Of a DNA stretch of 64,000 bases, positions 1 through 10,022 are shown one piece after another (position 1 is the first letter of the stretch; each line of letters starts with the position of its first letter). Both the position numbers and the translations under genes were made by a program. The stretch covers positions 783,790-847,789 of the forward strand of contig CAWBLU010000001.1 in the NCBI GenBank assembly GCA_963789725.1, written 5' to 3'. The notes under the pieces were generated by a model. It made no database searches. It saw nothing but the letters and a program-made list of their open reading frames with translations, and was not told where the DNA came from. The DNA comes from an uncultured Chloroflexia bacterium. Lineage in GTDB: Bacteria > Chloroflexota > Limnocylindria > Limnocylindrales > CSP1-4.

Positions 1-2545
1 CGAAGATGGCCAGGGCTCCGTAGACCGCGGCCACGAGCGCCGCCGCGGCCAGACCGAAGGTCACCGCCTGGAAATCTGGTTCCGCCCGCAGGCTCGCGAT
101 CGCCTGGAAGCGATCTGCCACGTTGCCCTGGCCCGGGAGCCTGGCCTGGAACGCCGCGGCGATTGCCGCGCCCGCGTCGGGCCCCGCCCTGATGAAGGCC
201 TCGTCGGGCAGCACCGCGTTCTCCGGAAGTGCCGTGGCGAGCTCATTTCGAGCCACGACCACCCAGCGCGTGCCGGCCGCCCGGGCGGGGAAGAAGTCGC
301 GAATCGCCGCAACGACAAAGGACGGCCGCGACGTGCCGACTATCAGGTCCAGCGTGTCGCCGACCTGTAGATTGCTGTCGTGAGCGAGGGTCGTAGAGAC
401 GATGGCCGGGATCGGCGATCCGGCGCCCCCGGCGATCGTGGCCGCGGCGCGGGCTGCGATCTCTGAGTCGACCATCGACTGCGGCACGACGCCCTCCAGG
501 CGACTGCCCGTGACGACCCCGTCGTAGGCGGCCAGGTCGAGAGCCATCAGGTCGAGCGTCTCGGGGCTCTCGGCCACGTGGGCACTCATCGTCGTGGCGT
601 CGGCAACCGCCTCGACCCCCGGCAGCCGGGCGATGTCGAAGTCAGGCGGCAGCGACCCTTCCTCCAGAGAGATGCGGTACGGCGCTCCGACCGCGAGCCA
701 ACTCGAAGCGTCGCTGGCGCGATCCAGATACGACAGCGAAACCGCGGCGAACGACCACACCGCGGCCATCGACAGCAAGGCGACCAGCAGTAGCCGATCT
801 CCGGTCCGACGGTTGGCGCGCCGCAGCGACAGCACGGCAACGAGCCCTCGCCCGCGCTCAGCGAGCCGAGCCAGGAGATCCAACGGAACCGGCAGGATTC
901 TGGCCACGACCAGTGCCGCGGCCCCGCCGACGAGGGCTGGGACGGCCGCGAGCAACGGATCCGGACCGGCGAGCGCGCTGTTGCCTCCGGCGCCAGAGAC
1001 GCCTCGCTGGCGCAGCAGATATGCGCCCATCAGCGCCCCGACGACGAACATCACCTCCAGGACGAGCCGGCGCGACCCGGAGCCGCCTGCCCAGGCGCCG
1101 AGACCGCCGGTTCGCGAGTTGCGCTTGCCTCCGGCGCCGGCGAGGCCATTGCCCATCCCGGAACCGTCGGCGCTGGCCGTCCACGTCGTGGCCAGCGTCA
1201 GTACGGTCGCGAAGGCCACGACCATGCCGACCGAGGCCAGCGACACCAGGGAATCCTGGGCCGGGATCAAGAAGATGGCGGCCGTCGTGCCCACGGCGGC
1301 GGGGACGATCAGCTCGACCACCACATCGACGAGCGTTCCGGCCACGGCCTGGCGGCGCGACGCGCCCCGGCTTCGCCACGTCGCCACCGAGGCGCCCCGG
1401 CGTTTCCCGACCAGCCAGCAGACGAGCCCGAGCGCCAGGAGGGCGACCGCCCCGCTGCCCACCTCCGCGACGGACAGGACCTGCGACACGGCCCGCCAGG
1501 AACCTCCGTACGTCTGCGCCAGGTCCAGCAGTCCTGTCTGGAGAACCGGTGCGCTCAGCTGGACGCCGACGGGTTGCGTGGTGTTCCGGTAGCCGGAGCC
1601 CGACGTCTCGAACAGGCTCTCCATCCGCCGCAGGTCGGTCAGAAGCGCGGAGGTGTCGCTGCCGGCCAGCCGGGCCGTGTCGATCTCGAAGCGCCACGTG
1701 TACCGGAGCGGCAGGCCGCTATCGGCGGTCGCCGCCAGCAGCGGTGAGTAGGCATCGGCGGAGACCAGAGCGGTGATGTCGTCGAGTTGGTTGAGCGATG
1801 ACAGCGACCGGACCTGGGGTCGCTCGAGCGATGTGTCGCCGAACCAGTAGTCGCTCGAGCCGTCGGCGACTTCATAGATGCCGACGATGCGGATGGCCAG
1901 GTAGGCGACGGACCAGCCGGCCAGCTTGTCCGTTTCGTCGGTCCGGAGCTGCAGCGTGTCGCCCAGCCCGACGCCCAGGTCGTGGGCGGAGGCCGACGAC
2001 AGGGCGACCTCGAAGGTGGTCAGCGACTCCCGAGCGGGCAGCGACCGGTTGAGAGCCGTCGAGCCGCCGTCGGTCGCTCCGGCCGGCCACGGACTCTGAG
2101 TCGTTTGCCCGGACGGGGGCTGGCCGGCTACAAGCCTCACGCGCTCCGCGGCGCCGTCCAGGTAGCGCAGCCGCACGGTCCTGCCCTCGAGCGTCAGCGG
2201 CCTAAATCGCGCCGTGTCCACGGCGGCGTACCGGGCTCCAACGAGTGCGTTCACTCCGGCCGGAAGCTGCTGCCCCAGCGTGTCCCCCTGGGTGGCGACG
2301 GCGATCATCGGGTCCATTGCCGATCCCTGAACCGGCGAGATACGCCCGATCCGCGAGATAGAGATGTTCCTCGAGTCGGGGGTGGCCCGATCGATCGTCG
2401 ACTGCAGGGCGCGGTCCGCCTGGGCGTCGATGACCCGCGGCGCGGCCGCGAACAGGCAGGCCGTGACGACGGCCAGCGCCATGAGCCCGACGGTCGCGGC
2501 CCGAGCATCGGCAATACGGCGCAGTTGAACCGCGAGCCAGCTCAT
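1..2545 (-). CDS. ABC transporter permease, FtsX/MacB-like (partial, runs off window start)
   Basis: ATG at 2545 overlaps the TGA of the upstream permease (ATGA). Reads MSWLAVQLRRIADARAATVGLMALAVV... and was open where spot-checked (TVRLRYLDGAAERV). No ORF-track entry in this frame, consistent with a truncated ORF. Paralogous layout to the neighbour. Confidence 0.8.
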   Translation of the reverse strand, partial: MSWLAVQLRRIADARAATVGLMALAVVTACLFAAAPRVIDAQADRALQSTIDRATPDSRNISISRIGRISPVQGSAMDPMIAVATQGDTLGQQLPAGVNALVGARYAAVDTARFRPLTLEGRTVRLRYLDGAAERVRLVAGQPPSGQTTQSPWPAGATDGGSTALNRSLPARESLTTFEVALSSASAHDLGVGLGDTLQLRTDETDKLAGWSVAYLAIRIVGIYEVADGSSDYWFGDTSLERPQVRSLSSLNQLDDITALVSADAYSPLLAATADSGLPLRYTWRFEIDTARLAGSDTSALLTDLRRMESLFETSGSGYRNTTQPVGVQLSAPVLQTGLLDLAQTYGGSWRAVSQVLSVAEVGSGAVALLALGLVCWLVGKRRGASVATWRSRGASRRQAVAGTLVDVVVELIVPAAVGTTAAIFLIPAQDSLVSLASVGMVVAFATVLTLATTWTASADGSGMGNGLAGAGGKRNSRTGGLGAWAGGSGSRRLVLEVMFVVGALMGAYLLRQRGVSGAGGNSALAGPDPLLAAVPALVGGAAALVVARILPVPLDLLARLAERGRGLVAVLSLRRANRRTGDRLLLVALLSMAAVWSFAAVSLSYLDRASDASSWLAVGAPYRISLEEGSLPPDFDIARLPGVEAVADATTMSAHVAESPETLDLMALDLAAYDGVVTGSRLEGVVPQSMVDSEIAARAAATIAGGAGSPIPAIVSTTLAHDSNLQVGDTLDLIVGTSRPSFVVAAIRDFFPARAAGTRWVVVARNELATALPENAVLPDEAFIRAGPDAGAAIAAAFQARLPGQGNVADRFQAIASLRAEPDFQAVTFGLAAAALVAAVYGALAIF

Positions 2546-5500
2546 GTCACGTCTCGATCGCGCAGGGCAGAGGCGATCTCCGTCCCGGCCGAGAGTCGGA
2601 CCAGGGCCACGGCCCCGACGGCCATGCCTAGTACGGCTGGGATGCCCACCGCGAGGAGAGTCGACCACGGGATGACGATGGTCGGCGGGGGCAGGGCTGC
2701 CGATCCGGCCGACGTCAAGGAACTCGCCGGGATGGCCAGCCAGCCGAGCACGAGACCCATCGTGGCACCCGCGACCGCGCCGTAGGCGAGCAGGAAGGCC
2801 GCCTCGACCGCGAGCATGGCCCTGACGGTCCGCGTCGATTCGCCCAGGGCTCGCAGCAGGGCGAGTTCACCCAATCGCTCTCGAGTCATGAACGCGATCG
2901 TCACCAGGAATCCGACGATGGCCAGGAGCAGCGCCGCGATTGAGCCGAGGGTCAGGGCGCCGATCACGCCGAGCGCGACCGGGTCGGACAGCGCGGCGCG
3001 TTCCAGCTGGGCGCGGCTGACGACGGACCCGGCCGAGAAAGGCCCGCCGGCGAGAGAGGCGGTCACCGCGGCATCGCTCCCCGGGGCCACGGCCAGCCAC
3101 CACTCCTGCGGAACGTCGATCCTGCCCCACGTGGCGTAGTCGACCAGCTGGAGGACAGCCTTGTCGACGACCAGGAACGGCTGCCCCGGGTCCATCGTCG
3201 GGAAGGCCGACGTGGTGCCCACGATCACGATGGGAGACGCGAAACCGGCCCGGGACGCCTGGACGGTGTCGCCGATCTCGCTGCCGGTCGAGTGGAGCAG
3301 CTCCGCGTCCGCGAGGGCTGGGATCACCGCCGGGCCGCTCGGAGCGGCCCAGTAACGGAACGTCGTACCCGTGATGCCCGGCGGGTCGATGTAGACGGCC
3401 GGCGTCGCGTCCTCGCCGGCGCCGATCGCGACCAGACCCGGTTGGTCTGCCGGCGGGCGGTAGGACGAGACCCTCTGGTTCTCGACCCGGCTCCAGACCC
3501 AGCCGGCGGCTCCGAGCGAAAGGCCGAGCGGCTGCCACGCGTCACCGCCGCCGGCGTCGGTGGACTCGTTCGACTCGATCGCCTTCAACTCCAGAGTACC
3601 GGCGACGCTCGTCGGGATCGAACCGGCGACCCTTAACTCCACGGCCTCCAGGAGGAGGGGATAGGCCGGGCGATAGACGGCCCCACCCGATGTCGTCGTC
3701 AGATCGATGGTGATCGTGGCCGAGTCCGCGGAGAGCGGCACGGTCCCACCCTCCAGCCGGTGCAGGCCGTTCGCGTCCGAGATGACCGCGGCCACGCCTA
3801 CGGTCGTGGTGGCGAATCCACCGGCCTGGTCACCACCCCCCGTGGAGTCGGAAGCCCCGGCGGCCGTCAGATCTGCCGACAACGAAACCGCGAGTTTGGA
3901 CGGCCGGCCCGGTATCGGCTGCATCGGAGCGGCTGGAGCGGCGGGAGCGGCGGGAGCGGCGGGCCGTCCGGCCAGGGCTGACATCGCCTCGGCCGGCGAA
4001 GATCGGAAGGCGCCGCCGGGGAACGAGACCAGGGCCGCCGCCGCGGCTGGATCGACCGCGAGGATCTGGCCGTCTGTCACTGTACGACCGATTTCGAGCG
4101 GCCCGCGAACGACCGAGGTCGCCGCCGTAACGTCCGGGATCGCCGTCAGAGCCGGTCCCGCGGCCCAGTCCGGCAGCGAGGTCTGGTCGGCGACGGTGAG
4201 CCGCTCATCGAGGGCCGCCCTGTACGCTGCTTGATCCGATTGAGAGCGACTCCATGTCGAGCCAAATGTCGCCGCGAACGTGCCGAGCGACACGGCCAGC
4301 ATCAGCAGCAGGGCCAGCCGGGTGTAGCGAAGGGGCCGCCGGCCGATCTGGCGGGCCAGGAACGGCGCAGCCATGCCGGCACCCCGGTCGAACAGCCGCT
4401 CGCCGACCTCGCCGAGTCGCGGCACCAGCCGGGTTGCGACGAGCGCGCCGGCAAGCAGGCCGATGGCGGGTGCCGCCACGAGCAAGGGATCGATGCCGAG
4501 GTCGCCGCGCACCGTCCGGGTCAGCGGCGCGCCGTACAACTGCAGCTGCCAGAGGGCGATCGCGGCGAACACCACGAGGGCCAGGTCCAGCCCGAGTCGT
4601 TGAGCGAGGGTCCTGCCCACCTGGCGGTTCAGAGCGGCGCGGACCCCGGACAGCGTTCCCGGCCCGGGCAGGGCCGGAAGTGTCAGCACGAGGACACAAC
4701 CGATCCCGGCCGCGATCGCCGCGACGACGGCCGTGGCGTCTATGGCGACCGGCGCCAGAATGCCGGCTCCCGCCAGCGGCCCCACGGAGCCGAGCAGGGG
4801 AACGATAAGCTGGGCCGCGAACGGGGCGACGGCCGCGGCGGGCGCCGCCAGGACGAGGGACTCCCCGAATGCGAGCAGGGCCACGTGGCCCGAGGAGGCG
4901 CCGCGCGATCGCAGCAGGGCCCACTCCGGGCGCCGCCGCTCCACGAGCATGCCGGCCACCAGCAGGATCGCGTAGATCGCGACGACGACGAACTGGGCGA
5001 ACAGCAGCATGATGCTGCTCCTCGCGACCAGGAGCGCGGTCGCCGCGGCCTTGAGCAGGTCGGGCAGGCCGGACCTGACGTAGATGTCCGGGTCCGCAAC
5101 CTGGGCATGGCCGGCCAGCGAGGCGATGGCGGCCCGAAGTCCGTCCCCCTGAGCCGGAGTGAGCGCGCCGATTTCCGGCAACCAGCGCCACTCGGCCGTA
5201 ATCCGCGCCTCGCCGGCGAGCGCCGCGAGGTCTTGTTCCGGCACCGCGAACGGCCCGCGCGTAGTCGCGTCGCCAAACGTCTGAGAGCCGGTCAACTCGA
5301 GGGCCGAACCGAGCCAGTAGCGGTCGCCCGGAATCGGCAGCCACAGCCCCACGATCGAGACGTCGAATCGGCGCGAGGCGTCGAGCTTGCTGGTCAACCT
5401 GACGCGATCGCCGATGGAGATGCCGAGGGCAGTGGCCGCTCCGTCGGACAGGGTGGCTTCCACCACCGATCCGCCCGGCTGGGCCCACCGCCCCACCGTG

Positions 5501-5925
5501 AGTATGGCGTGAGAATCGAGGGCCGCGTAGCTGCCGACAAGGATCTGGCGCGTTGCATCGGAGGCGTCGACGCCCGCCAGAGAGAGGCCGTCGCTCGTGG
5601 CGACCAGGGTCGCGTTGCCCGGGAACGATCCGAGGATCCGATCGATCACGGGCGCCACGGCGGCGTCCTCGGCTGCGAGGCCGTCTCCCGGGATCGTGGC
5701 GTAGAGGCGAACGGCGCTGGAGAGCGGGGCCGACGTCTCGATCAGGCCGCGAAAGCCGCCCAGCGAGACGCTTTCCGAGTAGGTCGCGGCGGACGTTATC
5801 AGGCTGGTCGAGCAGGCCAGGAGCAGCCACGCGGCAAGAACGAGTGGCCAATCCGAGCGGCCTCGACGGACGACGGTCCGGATAAGGCTCAGCTGTCGCA
5901 CGCGGCGCGTCCGGGGCTCAGTCAT
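2542..5925 (-). CDS. ABC transporter permease, FtsX-like, two permease modules (1127 aa)
   Basis: ERRRPEWALLRSRGAS and RERLGELALLRALGES FtsX motifs; multiple TM segments and large extracellular loops. Confidence 0.85.
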   Translation of the reverse strand: MTEPRTRRVRQLSLIRTVVRRGRSDWPLVLAAWLLLACSTSLITSAATYSESVSLGGFRGLIETSAPLSSAVRLYATIPGDGLAAEDAAVAPVIDRILGSFPGNATLVATSDGLSLAGVDASDATRQILVGSYAALDSHAILTVGRWAQPGGSVVEATLSDGAATALGISIGDRVRLTSKLDASRRFDVSIVGLWLPIPGDRYWLGSALELTGSQTFGDATTRGPFAVPEQDLAALAGEARITAEWRWLPEIGALTPAQGDGLRAAIASLAGHAQVADPDIYVRSGLPDLLKAAATALLVARSSIMLLFAQFVVVAIYAILLVAGMLVERRRPEWALLRSRGASSGHVALLAFGESLVLAAPAAAVAPFAAQLIVPLLGSVGPLAGAGILAPVAIDATAVVAAIAAGIGCVLVLTLPALPGPGTLSGVRAALNRQVGRTLAQRLGLDLALVVFAAIALWQLQLYGAPLTRTVRGDLGIDPLLVAAPAIGLLAGALVATRLVPRLGEVGERLFDRGAGMAAPFLARQIGRRPLRYTRLALLLMLAVSLGTFAATFGSTWSRSQSDQAAYRAALDERLTVADQTSLPDWAAGPALTAIPDVTAATSVVRGPLEIGRTVTDGQILAVDPAAAAALVSFPGGAFRSSPAEAMSALAGRPAAPAAPAAPAAPMQPIPGRPSKLAVSLSADLTAAGASDSTGGGDQAGGFATTTVGVAAVISDANGLHRLEGGTVPLSADSATITIDLTTTSGGAVYRPAYPLLLEAVELRVAGSIPTSVAGTLELKAIESNESTDAGGGDAWQPLGLSLGAAGWVWSRVENQRVSSYRPPADQPGLVAIGAGEDATPAVYIDPPGITGTTFRYWAAPSGPAVIPALADAELLHSTGSEIGDTVQASRAGFASPIVIVGTTSAFPTMDPGQPFLVVDKAVLQLVDYATWGRIDVPQEWWLAVAPGSDAAVTASLAGGPFSAGSVVSRAQLERAALSDPVALGVIGALTLGSIAALLLAIVGFLVTIAFMTRERLGELALLRALGESTRTVRAMLAVEAAFLLAYGAVAGATMGLVLGWLAIPASSLTSAGSAALPPPTIVIPWSTLLAVGIPAVLGMAVGAVALVRLSAGTEIASALRDRDVT

Positions 5926-6080
5926 GCAGGCAGGTAATGGGGCTCGGAGGGCGGGTCGATCGTCGATCCCGACAGACGTGGGTGAGAGCTTACTCCAGCT
6001 CGACCGGCCGGACTCCCGGGCTGTGGGCTCGTCGATCTGGGGTCGCCTTCACCGGCCCGAGCCGTCAGCCGGGATCAACC

Positions 6081-6761
6081 CTATGCGGCCAGATCGCGCG
6101 CCCGGCCCATGACGGCGTCGAGCATCGGCGCGGTCAGGCGACCCGTAAAGGTGTTCTGCTGGCTGGGGTGGTAGGAGCCCAGCAGAATCAGCGGCCCGAT
6201 CCGAGTCTCCGACAGGTGGCCGAACGCCGGCTTCGGCGCCACGTGGTAACCAAGCACCGCAATCGCCCGGACGGCGCCGTCCCAGGCGAAGGCGCCGAGG
6301 GCGACCACGACGCGCAGGCGGGGCAAGAGCGCCAGTTCGCGAACGAGATACGGCAGGCAGTTGTCGCGCTCCGGCGGGACCGGCTTGTTGTCCGGCGGGG
6401 CGCAGCGCACGATGGCGGAGACATAAAGGCCCCGGAGCGCCAGCCCGTCGTCGACCGCGACGGACTCCGGCCGGTTCGCGAAGCCGGCCCGATGCAGCGA
6501 CGCAAACAAGAAATCGCCCGATCGATCGCCGGTGAAGACGCGACCGGTGCGGTTGCCGCCGTGGGCCGCGGGGGCGAGCCCGACGACGAGTATCCGAGCC
6601 GCCCGGTCGCCGAATCCCGGTACGGGCCGGGCCCAGTAACGCTGCCCGGCGAAACGGGCCGGCGGTTTTGAGGCCGATTGCTCGCGCCACTCCACGAGCC
6701 GCGGGCAGCGGCGGCAGGCGACGATTTCGGCGTCTACGTCAGCCAGGGTCTGGGGCGGCAT
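6081..6761 (-). CDS. udgB: Uracil-DNA glycosylase family 5 (UdgB-like, 4Fe-4S)
   Basis: CRRCPRL, GLAPAAHGGNRTGRVFTGD and HPSQQN motifs. Confidence 0.9.
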   Translation of the reverse strand: MPPQTLADVDAEIVACRRCPRLVEWREQSASKPPARFAGQRYWARPVPGFGDRAARILVVGLAPAAHGGNRTGRVFTGDRSGDFLFASLHRAGFANRPESVAVDDGLALRGLYVSAIVRCAPPDNKPVPPERDNCLPYLVRELALLPRLRVVVALGAFAWDGAVRAIAVLGYHVAPKPAFGHLSETRIGPLILLGSYHPSQQNTFTGRLTAPMLDAVMGRARDLAA

Positions 6762-7335
6762 CTCCGGATTCTGACACGCGGGCGCCGAGATCCGCGGCCA
6801 GTCTCGTCTTCAAGAACAGCGGCCAGATGAAGAAGGCGGCAACCGCGCCCGTCGCGTTCATGATCGCGTCGTCGACGTCGGTCACGCGGTAGGTGAAGCC
6901 CTCGACGACAGAGCCGGCGTACTGCGTCAGTTCGATGCCGACCGCGAAGGCGATGGCGACCACGAGGAACCGGCGCCAGTCACTCAGCCCCGGCCACAAC
7001 GCCGGGCCGTATATCCCGAACGGCGCGAGGGCGACCATGTTGCCGCCGAGTTGCCGGATGGAGCTGAGGCTGAAGTGGGACAGCTGGTTCACGACCGTCG
7101 CGAAAGGAACGATGTTGTCTTCGCTCATGCCTCGGGTCTGGCGGTAATAGTCCTGGCCGTCGATAGGGATCGGGAAGATGGTCAGGGCCACCACCGCGGT
7201 GACATGGGTCAGGGCCAGGAGGGCCAGCAGGGTTCGGGGCCGATCGCCCCCGCGACGCCAGATCCAGTAAGCGGCAACCAGGGCGGGCGGCACGAGCCAG
7301 TACCCGGGAATCAGCGTCAGGTAGCCGTCGGTCAT
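6739..7335 (-). CDS. VanZ-like membrane protein
   Basis: GNMVALAPFG, IELTQ and DVDDAIMNATGA motifs; start MTDGYL chosen. Confidence 0.8.
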   Translation of the reverse strand: MTDGYLTLIPGYWLVPPALVAAYWIWRRGGDRPRTLLALLALTHVTAVVALTIFPIPIDGQDYYRQTRGMSEDNIVPFATVVNQLSHFSLSSIRQLGGNMVALAPFGIYGPALWPGLSDWRRFLVVAIAFAVGIELTQYAGSVVEGFTYRVTDVDDAIMNATGAVAAFFIWPLFLKTRLAADLGARVSESGDAAPDPG

Positions 7336-7435
7336 CGTCACGAACGTTCCCCTCGTCTGCGGGCGGCCGGGACAGGATGACACGCCGCGGGGGATCTCGT
7401 CCGATATCGCGCCGGTCTACGGCCGGCGCGGCTCG

Positions 7436-8137
7436 CTACTCCGCCTTCACGGTGGACGAGACGTCCGACCGCACGTCGATCAAAGCCCCGCCCGACACCA
7501 GGAGAGTCGACGCCGACATGCAATCGCCGCTGACCGTGCCGGAGACCCTGACGTGGGACGTGGAAGCGGCGTCGACGTGCACGGTGGCCCGGTCGGTCGA
7601 TACGTTTCGAAGATCGGCCGTCGACGCGCCGCCCACCGTCAACGTCAGGGTCTCCGCCCGGCCGCCTGCCCGAAGGGTCGACGCGGCGCCGACGTCGACC
7701 GTCAGTTCGGTCGCCGAAACCGCTTCGAAGTCGACCGTGGAGGTGCCCCGCTGGGCGATCTCGTTGAGGCCGGCGGTGGTCACTTCGACGTCGAGCCGGT
7801 GGGTCGTCTTGAGGCCGGCGGTCAGTTCGATCGTCAGCCGGCCGTCGGCAACCCGGGTGGCGATCAGGCCGATAAGATTGTCGTCCGCGGTTATGGTCGC
7901 CGAGCCGGCTGAGCCGGTCGAGACGGTGACGTTCAGCGGCCCGTCGACCGATATCGAGTCGAAGCTCTCCAGCTGTCGGGTCACGGACGTGGTGCCGCCG
8001 GAGCCGACTACCCACGGCGACGAGCCGGCCATGATGTCCGTCTCGTTGTTGATGACGGTGCCGCAGCCGCCAAGGACCGTCGCGAGCGCGGCGCCGACAA
8101 GGGCAGCGGCCGCGCGGCGACGTGTTGTGTGAAGCAT
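7436..8137 (-). CDS. GIN-domain (DUF2807-like) lipoprotein
   Basis: GGAGG SD before MLHTTRRR; lipobox-like LGGC; GSG...R.L..FDSI and ADDNLI motifs followed by beta-helix-like repeats. Confidence 0.75.
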   Translation of the reverse strand: MLHTTRRRAAAALVGAALATVLGGCGTVINNETDIMAGSSPWVVGSGGTTSVTRQLESFDSISVDGPLNVTVSTGSAGSATITADDNLIGLIATRVADGRLTIELTAGLKTTHRLDVEVTTAGLNEIAQRGTSTVDFEAVSATELTVDVGAASTLRAGGRAETLTLTVGGASTADLRNVSTDRATVHVDAASTSHVRVSGTVSGDCMSASTLLVSGGALIDVRSDVSSTVKAE

Positions 8138-8309
8138 TGACCCTCCATTTGGTGCCGGCCGATATTGCCCGGCCGCGCCCGTCTCGAACCACTGCCAGAT
8201 GGACCAGTCGGACGGTCCGGCCGGCCGGACCGGCCGGGACCGGCGGTCTCCCGACCGTAGCAAGCTGCGCGACCAGGGCATGCCGGCCGGGCGGTCGGGC
8301 CTCGACCGC

Positions 8310-8315
8310 TATAAT
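8310..8315 (+). promoter_or_regulatory. Candidate -10 element (TATAAT) for pdxS
   Basis: Perfect TATAAT in a GC-rich intergenic region about 80 nt upstream of pdxS. Confidence 0.5.
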
Positions 8316-8392
8316 CGGTACGCGAGGCGCGAGCACATCGCTTGTATGCATCCGCCCGCATCCCCGCCGAAGCTGAGGATTGGACCTACCCA

Positions 8393-9280
8393 ATGACCGC
8401 CGAGACCTCCACCTGGGCCACCAAGAAAGGCCTCGCCCAGATGCTCAAAGGCGGCGTCATCATGGACGTCGTTACCCCCGAGCACGCCAGGATCGCCGAG
8501 GATGCCGGGGCCTGTGCCGTCATGGCGTTGGAGCGAGTCCCGTCGGACATCCGTGCGGCCGGCGGCGTCGCTCGCATGAGCGATCCGCTGATGATCGAGG
8601 GGATCATGGCCGCCGTCAGCATCCCGGTCATGGCCAAGGCCCGGATCGGGCACTTCGTCGAGGCCCAGGTTCTCGAGGCGCTGGGCGTGGACTACATCGA
8701 CGAGTCCGAGGTCCTCACCCCCGCCGACGAGACCAACCACATCGACAAGCACGCTTTCAAGGTGCCGTTCGTCTGCGGCTGCCGGAACCTGGGCGAGGCG
8801 CTTCGCCGCATCAACGAGGGCGCCGCCATGATCCGGACGAAGGGCGAGGCCGGTACCGGAGACATAGTCGAGGCAGTCCGCCACATCCGGACTCTCATGT
8901 CGGAGATCCGCCGCCTCCAGTCGATGCGCGAGGACGAGCTTTTCGTCGCCGCCAAGGAGATGGACGCGCCGTACGAGCTCGTCAAGCAGGTGGCCGCCGA
9001 GGGCAAGCTGCCGGTAGTCAACTTCGTCGCCGGAGGCATCGCGATCCCGGCCGACGCGGCCCTGGCCATGCAACTCGGCGCCGAGGGCGTCTTCGTCGGG
9101 TCGGGCATCTTCAAGAGCGAGAATCCGGCCAGGACGGCCGAGGCGATCGTCCAGGCCACGCTCCACTTCGACAACCCCAAGATCATCGCGGACGTCTCCA
9201 AGGGCCTCGGTAGCCCGATGCGCGGCATCGCGGCGGCATCGATCCCCGAGGCGGATCGTCTGGCAGTTAGGGGCTGGTAA
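8393..9280 (+). CDS. pdxS: Pyridoxal 5'-phosphate synthase lyase subunit
   Basis: [31 protein letters not shown] and [11 protein letters not shown] motifs. Confidence 0.97.
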   Translation: MTAETSTWATKKGLAQMLKGGVIMDVVTPEHARIAEDAGACAVMALERVPSDIRAAGGVARMSDPLMIEGIMAAVSIPVMAKARIGHFVEAQVLEALGVDYIDESEVLTPADETNHIDKHAFKVPFVCGCRNLGEALRRINEGAAMIRTKGEAGTGDIVEAVRHIRTLMSEIRRLQSMREDELFVAAKEMDAPYELVKQVAAEGKLPVVNFVAGGIAIPADAALAMQLGAEGVFVGSGIFKSENPARTAEAIVQATLHFDNPKIIADVSKGLGSPMRGIAAASIPEADRLAVRGW

Positions 9281-9294
9281 TCGAGGGACGCGGG

Positions 9295-9348
9295 CTGATG
9301 CTTCGCATCAGCGTGATGCTCCGCATCAGCGGGATGGTTCGCATCAGT
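9295..9348. repeat. Three tandem 18-bp palindromic units between pdxS and pdxT
   Basis: ctgatgcttcgcatcagc / gtgatgctccgcatcagc / gggatggttcgcatcagt. Confidence 0.85.
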
Positions 9349-9383
9349 CTGGCGATGCCTGGTATCGCGACCCGGACAATGCA

Positions 9384-10022
9384 ATGAAGATCGGAATACT
9401 GGCGCTCCACGGCGCCGTCATCGAGCATATCCACATGCTGCGGTCGATCGGGATCGAGCCGGTGACCGTGCGCCTGCCCGAGGACCTCGAAGGCATCAGC
9501 GGCCTGATCTTGCCGGGCGGCGAAAGCACGACGATGCGCAAGCTCGTCGCCCGCTGGAATCTGAGCGAGCCGATCATGAGCCTGGCTCGCTCGGGGGCCC
9601 CGATTCTCGGCACGTGCGCCGGGATGATCGTGGTAGCCAGGGAGATCGCGGGAGGGGAAGAACCCGTGTTTCCGTTGCTCGACGTCACGGTGGAGCGGAA
9701 CGCCTTCGGTCGACAGCTGGATTCATTCGAGACCGAGTTGCCCGTACCGATACTCGGTGACCGGCCGGTGCACGCGATCTTCATCCGAGCCCCCATAATC
9801 GAACGCGTGGGACCCGGCGTAGAGGTTCTGGCCAGGCTGCCCGACGAGCGTGTCGTGGCGGTTAGGCAGAGGAATGTCATCGCCATCTCCTTCCACCCGG
9901 AGCTGGCCGGCGAAACCCGCATCCACCGCCTCCTCGCCACCATGGCGAGCGAGTATGCCGATCCCGGCGAGGGCATGGCCGCGCACGGGACAGAGCCGTG
10001 GTCTCTTGGGGAGGCTAAGTGA
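9384..10022 (+). CDS. pdxT: Pyridoxal 5'-phosphate synthase glutaminase subunit
   Basis: PGGESTT, GTCAG, RNAFGRQ, FIRAP and FHPE motifs. Confidence 0.96.
   Translation: MKIGILALHGAVIEHIHMLRSIGIEPVTVRLPEDLEGISGLILPGGESTTMRKLVARWNLSEPIMSLARSGAPILGTCAGMIVVAREIAGGEEPVFPLLDVTVERNAFGRQLDSFETELPVPILGDRPVHAIFIRAPIIERVGPGVEVLARLPDERVVAVRQRNVIAISFHPELAGETRIHRLLATMASEYADPGEGMAAHGTEPWSLGEAK

Noticed and set aside
3926-3962. Short tandem repeats (ggagcggcg)n, plus PT repeats at 22013-22210 and 62570-62645
   Set aside because: In-frame Pro/Ala/Thr linker coding repeats, which are ordinary
594-5937. Long plus-strand and alternate-frame ORFs over the FtsX permeases (similar shadows at 21287-23362, 39432-41468, 45005-46813 and 47004-48515)
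   Set aside because: Arg/Pro/Ala-rich shadow frames typical of high-GC DNA; they overlap motif-supported genes
6739-7335. Glycopeptide resistance locus
   Set aside because: VanZ-like proteins are widespread; no vanHAX or vanRS context
9295-9348. Palindromic repeats as a mini-CRISPR
   Set aside because: Units are 18 bp and directly adjacent with no spacers; no cas genes in the window
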